A stretch of 33,447 nucleotides of DNA from Basidiobolus ranarum. Taxonomy: Eukaryota. The notes below the pieces were generated by a model that saw nothing but the letters and a program-made list of their open reading frames with translations, was not told the DNA's origin and searched no databases. Made by a program: the position numbers and the translations under genes. Shown piece after piece: positions 11,586-22,049 of the stretch. Location of the stretch: positions 1 through 33,447 of the forward strand of contig JASJQH010000075.1 of NCBI GenBank assembly GCA_040143965.1. The letters are read 5' to 3'. Position 1 is the stretch's first letter. Every line of letters starts with the position of its first letter.

Positions 11586-14500
11586 ATGCGGTTTCCTCAA
11601 CTCTCTAGAGCCGCTAGACCTTTAACTCAAGGTCTCCGCGCCCAAACTATTCTTCGACCCCAACTTGCTAAATCTCAAACCCCTCTTCTCTATACCAGCA
11701 TTCGCAAGCAACATGCTGCCGCTGCTTCTAGTAATGCTGACTCCTTTTTGCAAGGATCTAACGCTAGTTATGTCGAAGAGATGCATGAGGCTTGGTTGAG
11801 AGATCCTTCTTCTGTCCATATCTCTTGGCAAATCTATTTCAAAAACTTGGCCAACGGTGCCAAGCCTACTGATGCTTTCCAAGCTCCACCTACTATCTCT
11901 AATGCCAGCGTTTCCTCTTTCCAATTCACTGAAGTTCCCCATACTGCTGCTGCTTCTTCCGATATTTCGGAGCATTTAAAGATTCAATTGATGGTCAGAG
12001 CATATCAAGTTAGAGGCCATCATATCGCTAATTTAGATCCTCTTGGTATTTTGCATGCCGATTTGGATTCTTCTATTCCCTCTGAATTGAACCCCTCTCA
12101 TTACGGTTTCACCGAGGCTGACATGGACAAGGTTTTCTCATTAGGCCCTGGTATTCTTCCTTCATTCGCCTCAGAAAAGCCATCCATGACCCTTCGTGAG
12201 ATTATCTCCAACCTTAAGAGCATCTACTGTGGATCCATTGGTATTGAGTACTCTCACATTCCCGATCGTACTCAATGTGACTGGATTCGTCAACATATCG
12301 AGACTCCTAGTCGTTATAAGTTTAGCCTCGAAGAGAAACGTATGATTCTCGATCGTTTGGTCTGGTCCGATTCATTCGAGAGATTCGTTGCCAACAAATA
12401 CAAGAGTCAAAAGCGTTTCGGTCTTGAAGGTTGTGAATCTTTAATTCCTGGTATGAAAGCATTGATTGATCGTTCCGTTGACAATGGTGTGGAATCTATC
12501 GTTATGGGTATGCCCCATAGAGGTCGTTTGAACGTTTTGAGTAACGTCGTTCGTAAGCCTAACGAGTCTATCTTTTCCGAATTCAGTGGTTCCATGGAGC
12601 CTTCTGTTGAAGGATCAGGTGATGTTAAATACCATTTGGGTATGAACTACGTTCGTCCTACTCCATCCGGTAAACGCGTTCATCTCTCTTTGGTCGCCAA
12701 TCCTTCCCATCTTGAAGCTGTGAACCCAGTTGTTCTTGGTAAGACTAGAGCTCTTCAACATTACAGCAATGACAAGGAAAAATCTCGTAGCTTGGCTCTC
12801 TTGCTTCATGGAGATGCTGCCTTTGCTGCCCAAGGTATCGTGTATGAGACTTTAGGCTTTGCTGAGCTTCCTAACTACAGTGTTGGTGGTACCATTCACA
12901 TCGTTGTGAACAATCAAGTTGGTTTTACCACTGATCCTCGTTTCGCTCGTTCTACCCCCTACTGTACTGATATTGCTAAGGCCATTAATGTACCTATCTT
13001 CCACGTTAATGGTGATGATGCTGAAGCCGTCACTTACGTATGTCAACTAGCTGCCGACTGGCGTCAAACCTTCAAGAAGGATTGCGTCATTGATATCGTC
13101 TGTTATCGTCGTCATGGTCATAATGAAACCGATCAACCCAGTTTCACACAACCCAGAATGTACAGACATATTGCTAACCAGGCCCCAGTATTGGAAAAGT
13201 ATATTGAACAACTCGTCCAAGAAGGTTCCATCTCCAAGAAAGAAATTGAGGAGAACAAGGAGAGAGTCTGGAATACTTTGGAAGAAAGCTACGCCAAGAG
13301 CAAGGATTACGAGCCAACTTCCCGTGAATGGCTTTCCAGCTCATGGAACGGTTTCAAGTCTCCCGCTGAGGTAGCCAAGGAGACTCTTCCTACCTACCCA
13401 ACTGGTGCTTCTATCGATAGTCTTCGCAAGGTTGGAGCTGTCATCAGCTCATACCCTCCTGACTTCGAGGTCCATTCCAACCTCAAGAAGATTTTGAAGA
13501 CCAAAAAGAAGACCATTGATGAAGAGAAGGGTATCGACTGGGCTACTGCTGAAGCACTTGCCTGGGGTACTTTGTTACTTGAAGGTAACCATATCCGTTT
13601 AGGTGGACAGGATGTTGAGCGTGGTACCTTCTCTCAACGTCATGCTGTTCTTCATGATCAAAATAACGAAAATCAATACGCTGCTTTGGCACACATCGCA
13701 CCCACACAACCAGCATTCACCATTTGTAACTCTTCCCTCTCAGAGTATGGTGCTTTAGGTTTCGAACTTGGATATTCTTTCGTTAACCCTAACTCACTTG
13801 TCATGTGGGAAGCACAATTCGGTGATTTCGCTAATACTGCTCAATGTATCATTGATCAATTCATCGCCTCAGGTGAAAAGAAATGGTTACAACGTACCGG
13901 TTTAGCCATGCTTTTGCCACATGGTTATGATGGTCAAGGACCCGAGCATTCTAGTGCACGTATTGAACGTTTCCTTCAATTGTGTGATGAGAACCCTTAC
14001 TACTTCCCTACACCCGAGAAGCTTGCACGTCAACATCAAGATTGTAACATGCAAGTGGTATACCCAACTACCCCAGCTAATTACTTCCATGTGTTGCGTA
14101 GACAAGTATATCGTGGATTCCGTAAACCATTGGTTGTATTCAACTCTAAGTCCTTATTGAGACATCCTCTTGCACGTTCTTCCTTCGATGAAATGATCGG
14201 TGATACCAAATTCCGTCGTTACATTCCCGAATCTAGCCCGGAAATCGTTGAACCAGAACAAGTTAAGACTCATATCTTGTGTAGTGGACAAGTGTACTAC
14301 GCTTTATTGAAGGCTCGTGACCAAAATGGTATCAAGGATGTTGCTATCTCACGTGTTGAACAACTTAACCCCTTCCCCTTCGATCTTGTTAGAGATAATC
14401 TTGATAAATATCCTAATGCACAAGTAGTTTGGGCTCAAGAGGAACCCTTGAATGCAGGTGGTTGGTTCCATATTGAACCTAGACTTCGTACAGTATTCGC

Positions 14501-14681
14501 ACAAACACAACATCATCAAGGAAAGGCTATTCGTTATGCAGGTCGTGAACCAGGTGCTGCTACTGCTACCGGAAATAAGAAACAACATTTGATCGAAGAA
14601 TGGAGTCTATTAAGTAACGCACTCTTAGGTAAAACCGAAAAACCTAAGGAAATTGTTCAAGGAGTTCCACTTTGGAATTAA
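11586..14681 (+). CDS. KGD1: Mitochondrial 2-oxoglutarate dehydrogenase E1 component (no introns in the CDS)
   Basis: Arg-rich presequence [12 protein letters not shown], then [33 protein letters not shown], the TPP motif HGDAAF...[11 protein letters not shown] and GPEHSSAR. The ATG at 11586 is preferred over the TTG start in the ORF track. Confidence 0.98.
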   Translation: MRFPQLSRAARPLTQGLRAQTILRPQLAKSQTPLLYTSIRKQHAAAASSNADSFLQGSNASYVEEMHEAWLRDPSSVHISWQIYFKNLANGAKPTDAFQAPPTISNASVSSFQFTEVPHTAAASSDISEHLKIQLMVRAYQVRGHHIANLDPLGILHADLDSSIPSELNPSHYGFTEADMDKVFSLGPGILPSFASEKPSMTLREIISNLKSIYCGSIGIEYSHIPDRTQCDWIRQHIETPSRYKFSLEEKRMILDRLVWSDSFERFVANKYKSQKRFGLEGCESLIPGMKALIDRSVDNGVESIVMGMPHRGRLNVLSNVVRKPNESIFSEFSGSMEPSVEGSGDVKYHLGMNYVRPTPSGKRVHLSLVANPSHLEAVNPVVLGKTRALQHYSNDKEKSRSLALLLHGDAAFAAQGIVYETLGFAELPNYSVGGTIHIVVNNQVGFTTDPRFARSTPYCTDIAKAINVPIFHVNGDDAEAVTYVCQLAADWRQTFKKDCVIDIVCYRRHGHNETDQPSFTQPRMYRHIANQAPVLEKYIEQLVQEGSISKKEIEENKERVWNTLEESYAKSKDYEPTSREWLSSSWNGFKSPAEVAKETLPTYPTGASIDSLRKVGAVISSYPPDFEVHSNLKKILKTKKKTIDEEKGIDWATAEALAWGTLLLEGNHIRLGGQDVERGTFSQRHAVLHDQNNENQYAALAHIAPTQPAFTICNSSLSEYGALGFELGYSFVNPNSLVMWEAQFGDFANTAQCIIDQFIASGEKKWLQRTGLAMLLPHGYDGQGPEHSSARIERFLQLCDENPYYFPTPEKLARQHQDCNMQVVYPTTPANYFHVLRRQVYRGFRKPLVVFNSKSLLRHPLARSSFDEMIGDTKFRRYIPESSPEIVEPEQVKTHILCSGQVYYALLKARDQNGIKDVAISRVEQLNPFPFDLVRDNLDKYPNAQVVWAQEEPLNAGGWFHIEPRLRTVFAQTQHHQGKAIRYAGREPGAATATGNKKQHLIEEWSLLSNALLGKTEKPKEIVQGVPLWN

Positions 14682-14745
14682 GAAATTAAATCCTTTCAAT
14701 AGTTCTTATTAGTTGAACATGTAAATTCGCTTATCTTGTATGTAG

Positions 14746-14780
14746 TGAAGTGAAGTGGACTGGAATGGAATGGAATGGAA
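14746..14780. repeat. Pentanucleotide microsatellite (GTGAA / TGGAA)n
   Basis: gtgaagtgaagtggactggaatggaatggaatggaa, just downstream of the KGD1 stop. Confidence 0.7.
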
Positions 14781-15695
14781 AAGAATATCCTCTTTATCTA
14801 TAATTGAAATTTAGTCGGTTATCCTTCATTCTGTTTCGCTCCTATTTCATTTTATCTCATACTAAATCATTCCATCATCTAACATCACATTTTCACCTTT
14901 ACCTTCACTCTCACTTTCGCTTACACATTTCACTCACCAATTTCACTTTACAAACTAAACACTATTTTATTAGTATTTGATATTGATATTGAAACCGAAA
15001 TTGAAATTGAATACGAAAATTTATTATTATGTATAACAAAAAAAAATTCACCAATTTTACCAAAATTCAATAATTTATACTATTATATTCATATATATTT
15101 ATTGGAATTTAGATGGATAAATTTGATGTATAAAACAATCAAACTCATTGCATGGTTATTAATAAAAAAAGAATTGCATTCATACATTCAATTCTTATCG
15201 TTCCTAAAATGATTGGGTTGTTTTCTAAAAATTAAATGTTGGTTTTTAATGAATGGGATGTTAAAGAGTAAGAGCAAAGACAAGGACCAGAGAGGAAAGT
15301 AAAATGGGATCCACCGTTTCACTTCCATCACAATATATAATCTACAATCTACAATATAACTAGTGTAATGAAACAAAAGAGAATGATTAAATTGGAAAGG
15401 TTGATTTGGTACATGAATTCGAATAGCCTATATATTTCATAAGTAAATATTCCCCTCTCCTCTCTTCTTTGCTCTCCTTCCCCCACCAAAATCACTATAG
15501 AAGTGATCAAAGGAGGAAATTCCTCGGAATTATTAATCCATTTTAATACTTAACACATTAAACAAGACAAGAAATAATAAATGAAAGAAAAATTCATAAA
15601 TGCTCTGCACAAAGAAAAGAAAATTTGATCAATATGTGAAAAAAAGAAAGTTTCGAAAAGTTACAAGAAGGGTCTCGGTTGTTTATATTTCTGAT

Positions 15696-17815
15696 TCAAG
15701 CTGAACCTCGTTGCGGGGTGGCTAATTTGGCCTGGATCGCAATCACGTTAGGGACACCAATTTCGGGCTATAGCAATAGGTACAGTTAGTGAGACTGATC
15801 TCTAGTTAATATGAAGCTGTAAAAATATATATACCATCTCGCTCACGCTTCCTGTCTTAGCTGTTGTTGGTGACTCGACTTCTGCTGAAGGTCCGTTCTT
15901 GGCACCGCGACATTGATAAAAGCCACATTTCTTTTGGAAGAATTTCGTTAGTTCAAGGATGTGAGATAAATAGAATGACCAGAATTATGTTCTATACCTC
16001 TGACCAAGTGTCTCTACAAATCCAACAGAATCGGTGACCACAATGCAAGCAGTCCACTTTGTTGCAGCCGTCGTCTCTGTTGATGAGAATGCAGCAATTT
16101 GGGCAACTTTTACTGTTTAGGGAGAAGAAAAGTTGAGCATTAGGAAGATTGATGCACGCTTTGATAATGTACGCATACCTGTTCTGGAGCTTCCACTTCA
16201 AGTTCTCGACAGACTCTGAGTAGGTACTTGAATTACGAACTTGATCTTCCATGTATTCAAAGCAAGTCATAGCCTTGTGATGACTACCCTCACCACAACG
16301 TAGACAAACTTCTTGATAACATTTTTGACTAAGTTGTATTGTTAGCAATATTCACATCATTGTAGTAGTACAAGTGTGTTACCAGCTAACTTGCGGGAAA
16401 TTGGCAATATGCATAAATTGTAATTCTTTCCATAATTCTGGTCGAAATTCTAATGACACTAGTTTGGATGAGATTTTGGCTGCTGCTGAGATTAAAGAGT
16501 CGGTTTCCCCTTCAAGTTTTCTTTTCTTAACTTTTGAACTGCAAACAAACTTTAGTCCATGGAATGATTCCAGTTCATTTCTAAACATGCTTACCTTTTG
16601 GGCATATTTTTCTTGCTCCCTTCATTACTCCAAACGTACCATAGTCCTAGACAGTCAATCATCTTTTCCAGGGTATATTTGTACATGTCGGCCACAGTAA
16701 TGCTTCCACCAGAAAGGAAATTACGATAATCGGCACTGAATTTGTTTAGAAATTCGGAAGTATTCAAGGCGGCATAATTCGTTGTTTGGAAGAACTCATT
16801 CAATAAATCATGGACTTCATCAAAGTATCTATAAAAAGTAAACATAATATTTAGATTTCCCGTACGTCTGATACAAGTAGAAGAGAATCAGACCATACCT
16901 TTCACGGTCCGCTTTGTAACTGATAGGCTCCATTTTTGCTCCACGAACCTCATGTTCACACTCGGGACAAAAACGAGTAAAAGCCCGGTATGGTCGATTA
17001 TATGTATTGTATAGTTCTACTGTTTCAGGGTCTACATACTATAACGCATAGGTTGTTAGTGTCAAATGAAAGTAAAGGGCTAATATATGGTATACAATGT
17101 AAATAGCAGCTTATAGTGAAACTGCTACTTACTTTGCTCCACTCTGATTGGGAAAGAACGTCCTGGCATACTGGACATTTGATTTTGGTAATACCTAAGC
17201 CCCAAGAGTTATTGACTACCTCTTTGACATACCTATTGTAATATAGTAAGAAATGGGTGAGTTTCCAACCTTTGAACAACAATTCTTATCCAAATAAGAC
17301 ACATACCTTTTAAAGCAGTCACGGCAGTACTGATCTCTACAATAGTCAAGGCAGAAATCAAGTTGAGCGTCAAAGCAGATGGAGCAACGTTGTAGCCAAT
17401 ACTCAATGTCAGGTGAAGAAGTCATATTGAAAGTCCGAGAAGTTTTGTCGGCGGTAGTGCTAGCTCCGTGGATAATTGCTTTTGCCAGAAGTTGTAATGT
17501 TCTAAGAAATATAGCAGGAATAATCAACCCAGGTAAGAATATGTAGAACAAGGGTAAGAAATAAGCAAGTAGGAGTTCAGTAAAAGAGAGTCGATGGAGT
17601 AAAGGTAGTTCGTTAGTCGAAACAGGTAAATTGAGATTGCCCAACAACAGCACTCGAAAGGGAGCAATATAAAAGGGGGAGTTATGGAACAAAGAAGGTG
17701 GAAAGCAGTAGGAAAAGATATTAAAGTAACTCAAGTCCTGAGGAGAGTGAAGCGAAGCCTGGTCAGTGCTGGGGGTCTCAGCAAGAATTGAAGATTCTGG
17801 GGAGGAAGGGTTCAT
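15696..17815 (-). CDS. RBR (RING-IBR-RING) E3 ubiquitin ligase, about 9 coding exons, with a hydrophobic N-terminal extension
   Basis: Exons approx. 17815-17307, 17232-17133, 17038-16899, 16828-16595, 16538-16383, 16328-16179, 16112-15998, 15930-15835, 15767-15696. RING1 CSIC...C...CRDQYCRDC...KCPVC; IBR CPEC...CQKC..EVCLRC..HH...C; RING2 KSCPNC..INRDDGCNKVDCLHCGHRFCWIC. An alternative ATG lies at 17425. Confidence 0.88.
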
Positions 17816-17909
17816 TTTAGGTGAGTGGAATTGAAGAACGGGGGTTAGAGGGGGAGGAATTGATATAGTGATTGGAAGTCTTAATAAAGATCGTAGAGAG
17901 ATTGACTAT

Positions 17910-18415
17910 CTAAATGAGAAAATAGGGAGCAATTTGGGATGGCTGACGGAATCAGTACAAGATGGGAAGATAAATCCAGTGTCTATAAAGAAGGGGCTTA
18001 TGAGGAAATAGGAATAGGAATAGGCATGAGGATGGGATGCAATGAATGAATGTCAAGAACGAGAGAGTGCTGCGAATACTGAAGAAACACACTGAACAAG
18101 AAGACTGAGGTTTGGGACAGGTTGTGACTCGTTTCTGGATTAGGATTGGGTAGGGCAAAATAGGTAACAGGCTCACACTTCAATTGCTACTGGGACTGAA
18201 TACGAAATGGAACAAAAGGGGCTTGCAACTAGGGTTAGCCAGGTAAATGGTTCAACAGAATAGTGAATGGCACACAGGCTAATAGACAGATGAATGTATA
18301 TATATTGCTATTGCATGTATGATGAGTGTATATGATGCATTAAGCGTGTCAAGGATTGACAAAAAGGGGTTGACCACGGAAACAAAGGGAATGTAATAGG
18401 AAATTGATCCTTACC
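17910..18415 (-). other. Putative long (about 0.5 kb) 5'-UTR intron of the RBR gene
   Basis: On the minus strand: strong donor CAG|GTAAGG at about 18414, ACTGAT branch near 17952, TTTAG acceptor at 17910. A TATA-like AT run near 18600 lies upstream. The acceptor choice is uncertain. Confidence 0.45.
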
Positions 18416-18971
18416 TGAGCTTGGATCCGAGGTCGTTTCAGGCTGAGCGGAATCCCGAAACGGAGTAGAGTGGTTTTTAGAGACTAGAGGGAAACTATGC
18501 TAGGCGTTGGGCTGGCTAGGTTGAGAGAGCACTGTGGAAGGAGCGTGGTGAAAGAAGGAGATCGAGAAGAATAAGAAGAGTGAGGGCAGGGGGGAACAAT
18601 ATATAAATACGAGGGGCAAATCCAGGAGTAGGGGAGCTGAGATCAACGGCCTTGTTGAATGAAGACAAAGCTTACGAGCGGAAGTGGAAACTGGCCAAGA
18701 TGGAATTATAGTTTAATAAGACCTTGAGCCTTTATTGGAGATCAAGTCTCTGGTTGCGTTCATTCCTTGTTCCACATAAAACCTTAGTTTACACTGCAAT
18801 ATAATGTGGAGGAGACTGAACAACGATGCTGACCCTAACCCCGTAGCTCCTGATTGGTGCTTTCCTTCCAATCCTCTTGCCATCTCCTGGAATTAATATC
18901 TCTCGGGGGAATTCGTACCAGCCCTGTGACTGTTTTTGACAGTCATGGTACATCCGACTGCCGCATTTAGG

Positions 18972-19034
18972 ATAACTTAATCAAGTGACGGCTCATTTAA
19001 TTATCTAGCCATAACACTAATCAAGTGACGACTC
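18972..19034. repeat. Imperfect direct repeat (2 x about 23 bp, core TAATCAAGTGACG)
   Basis: ataacttaatcaagtgacggctc and ataacactaatcaagtgacgactc. Confidence 0.7.
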
Positions 19035-19497
19035 TCTAGCCACACCACGGCTATCCACCATTTGAGCGCCTCAAACCAGATAAATACAAAACCATCACCT
19101 AGCCATCACCTAACCCTCACTGGCCCCATGATCTCTGCATCAGCTGTGATTAGACAAAGAAGATGCAACTTGATCATCCCATGTCATTATCACAGCCCCT
19201 TGCCTCCTAATTTTACCCCTGGTTTTGCCGTATCTATCTAATCATAATCTCCAGAGACTTATCTGGCGGCTATTCCAGAAATGTGCATGCAATAATCCAA
19301 GGTCATTCATAAAATGAATGTCAAATGAAGTTTATTTCCAAAGTCAAGATTGGGTGAAAATTATTGAAATATGGATGGTAAGGAATAAGTTCGAGTACTA
19401 GTGATATCAGTAATAAAGGTGAACCCTACACAGTAATTATTTCAGAATTGTTATTGTTACAAAATTAACGTGTTGTAGGGGAAATCTACAGAGTTGC

Positions 19498-19983
19498 TTA
19501 TAAAGCAAGGGCAGCAAAGATACCAGCAATGGCAAGGGAGGAGCCGGTCAATTTGTAAGCATCAGAGGTAGGCTTGCCTGATGCATTGGGAGCATTACTA
19601 CTGTTGGGATTAGCACCGGTGCTTGGGACGGTGTTAGTAGGAGCGGTAGTAGGAGTACCTGCGGTGGGAGTAGCGAAGATCTGAGTATCATTGAATCCGG
19701 CGCAAAGGGTTGTGTACTCAGATTCAGCAATCTTCTTCTGACCCTGAGCAGTAGGATCATTAGGGCATTGGAGATAGCAGTTGATGACAGCAAATTGGAT
19801 TCTACACTTGCAAAGAGGACGGTTTAACTCGGCAGGGTTGGTGTCGCAAATAGCTTGATTGTTTTTGTTAATGGAAATGCATGAATCCATAGTACCTTGT
19901 CCTTGACAGGTACTGTTGTTTTGAGCAACAGCAAGAAGGGCAGAGGACAAGAAAACGAGGGAGAAGGCAGAGAATCTCATCAC
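19498..19983 (-). CDS. Secreted GPI-anchored protein with an 8-Cys domain and Ser/Thr/Pro-rich stalk
   Basis: Signal peptide MMRFSAFSLVFLSSALLAVA, an 8-Cys domain (C...C...C...CKC...CYLQCPND...C), a T/P/N/S linker and a hydrophobic C-terminus (SDA...LAIAGIFAALAL). TATA-like tatata near 20058. Confidence 0.9.
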   Translation of the reverse strand: MMRFSAFSLVFLSSALLAVAQNNSTCQGQGTMDSCISINKNNQAICDTNPAELNRPLCKCRIQFAVINCYLQCPNDPTAQGQKKIAESEYTTLCAGFNDTQIFATPTAGTPTTAPTNTVPSTGANPNSSNAPNASGKPTSDAYKLTGSSLAIAGIFAALAL

Positions 19984-20681
19984 AAGTATTATGGAAGATG
20001 GAAGTTAAGGAGAGGGGTGAGGAAAGAAGATAACCTTCAATAGTCAACTCGAGAGGTGTATATAGGGCAAAACAGAAATTTATTTCGAGGCCTCAACCAA
20101 CTGAAATGGGGTAGGTATTAAAGAGGGCCAATCAAGGGCTGCAGAACCGAAGTAATGTTGACAATGTGTTTAATGGCGATTCTTAATTTAACGATAAAAG
20201 GAGGGTTATTCCATCGAATGATTCCGAAAGCAACGGTGGATTTCATATAAAGCTTCAATACAATTCATCCACAAACAATACGAATTGTCGGAAAATAAAG
20301 TTTGCCCTGTATCTCCCAGGTACAGGCAGAAGCGGGAGCTACTGACCAAACCAACTCCCCTACAATACGCAGAGCATTAAAATGCATATATTAGCTTCTT
20401 TACCAGCCCTAATAACTAACCCTAAGTACCCTTCTAACTAACTCTGCTGGCCCTTTTGCTTAGAGTTTAAAAGAAAATCGATGATCATTTGGAAATCCAC
20501 CAAACGATTTAAGTTCTTTGGAGATATATTAGGAACATATTGAGCACAAATTGAAATGTGTGTAACATTTGATGAGAGTTTTGTTGGATGGTAATTTCAT
20601 TCCATGTTGTGCTAAATAAAACTCACAAGAAGAGTGGAGGTGCGACTTAATCATGTTGCACAGATTTATTCATTCTCACCA

Positions 20682-20761
20682 GATTAGTTCAACTCGGTGC
20701 CTGGCCTACCCATTGATTAGCACGGGATTAGCTCCACTCGGTGCTTGTTCTACCATTGATT
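20682..20761. repeat. Imperfect tandem duplication (about 44-bp period) in the divergent promoter
   Basis: gattagttcaactcggtgcctggcctacccattgatt versus gattagctccactcggtgcttgttctaccattgatt. Confidence 0.7.
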
Positions 20762-21012
20762 GACACCATATTTATCTATAGTAACTCTTCTCATGCAGTG
20801 CTAGCTCACTTCATTTACATGGTGTTCAGTTGCCAGATAAGTATCTTTCTAACCGGATTTCTGATGTAGAGTGATGTGGAACTAAACCATGAGTTAATTC
20901 GAAAATTAATAAATCATTGAATCTTAGCTTGGGCTGGTGCTCGTCCTCGTCCTTTTTTCGTAAATATTGTTGACATACCGTGGTGCTTCTTGCATCCTAT
21001 TTCATTTTGATT

Positions 21013-21237
21013 ATGTCTTCCGCAGTCGCCACCCGCACACCCGACCTACAATCTTCGCTTAACACAGGTTTAGAAACCGAACCGAGTCCCACTTCTAGTA
21101 CTTCAATTGATTCAATGGAAGTTGATGAAGGCACTCAGGCAAATATCCCCCAATATGCCCTAAAGAGACGGGGAGGTATATGCGTAGTTGATAACTCAGT
21201 TCAAGACTTTTTAGACGGTAGAGAAGCAGAAAACTAA
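21013..21237 (+). CDS. 74-aa acidic, probably disordered microprotein with a KRRGGIC motif (candidate PKA-inhibitor-like peptide)
   Basis: ATG at 21013 (ATTATGTCT), uninterrupted and more GC-rich than its flanks, protein-like composition, double stop TAATAG and an AT-rich 3' region. Function is inferred only. Confidence 0.6.
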   Translation: MSSAVATRTPDLQSSLNTGLETEPSPTSSTSIDSMEVDEGTQANIPQYALKRRGGICVVDNSVQDFLDGREAEN

Positions 21238-22049
21238 TAGCCTTTGTTACTTATTATATTGTACTTTCGACTTACATATCACTAATGACTAACTATAGTT
21301 CCTTTGTATATTGAAAATTGTTATGTCTCTTTCTCTGTTCACTTGGGCTATTTGCGTACACGCGCAAAGTGGGTACAACTTAGTTTTGATATGTATCATA
21401 TTTATTGTTTGTCTTAATTGTAAGCCACTGCGTGTATCAAGTAGTCTGTATTCACCTACCTTTCTAGCTAGCTTCGTAGTACTATAAGCGCAAGTAAAGA
21501 TAGGTGTTCATTTCTCACAACTTGGGTGCAAGTGAATATCAAGAGAAGATTCATGAAACAATAAACGCATGTAAATACAATATGAATTATGGGTTAGGAA
21601 TCGCTTTGAAACATTTCCCGGATAAATCAGTAGTTACTAGGTTATTGAGATCAAGTGGATTACATTCTGAGAAAGTCGTAGTTCTTAGAACTGTGGTAGG
21701 TAAGGATGGTAATTCCTGCTTTAAAGCAACACAATATTTAATTTAACATGGGCATTTGCTTTTATGCATAGATTTCCGCTCGTTTTCACTCCTCAAATCA
21801 GCCCGAGTTCCATTCACGAGTAGCAATGTCTTGTTGACAGGATAGCCACAGCTTAGTAAAATCGATGGATAATTAGCAAGAGACAGGAGGAGTCAGAAAT
21901 TCTGAACCAAAAGGATCTAAGAATCACCTTCTCAGTTTGCCAACACTTACAACACTTCAAAAAGAGGGTATAATAATGTGCTCATTCCTAAGTTCAAATA
22001 CAAAGGCGATGGTACAAAAGGAAAAGAATTAATTTCACCAGTTAAAGAA

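Noticed and set aside
11622-14588. Antisense and alternate-frame ORFs inside KGD1 (likewise inside 14-3-3, LAP3, CA and GH89)
   Set aside because: Shadow ORFs caused by codon bias of the real genes; no motifs.
21504-21746. 80-aa GTG-start ORF between the microprotein and the HMG gene
   Set aside because: No good start, composition like intergenic DNA and no motif.
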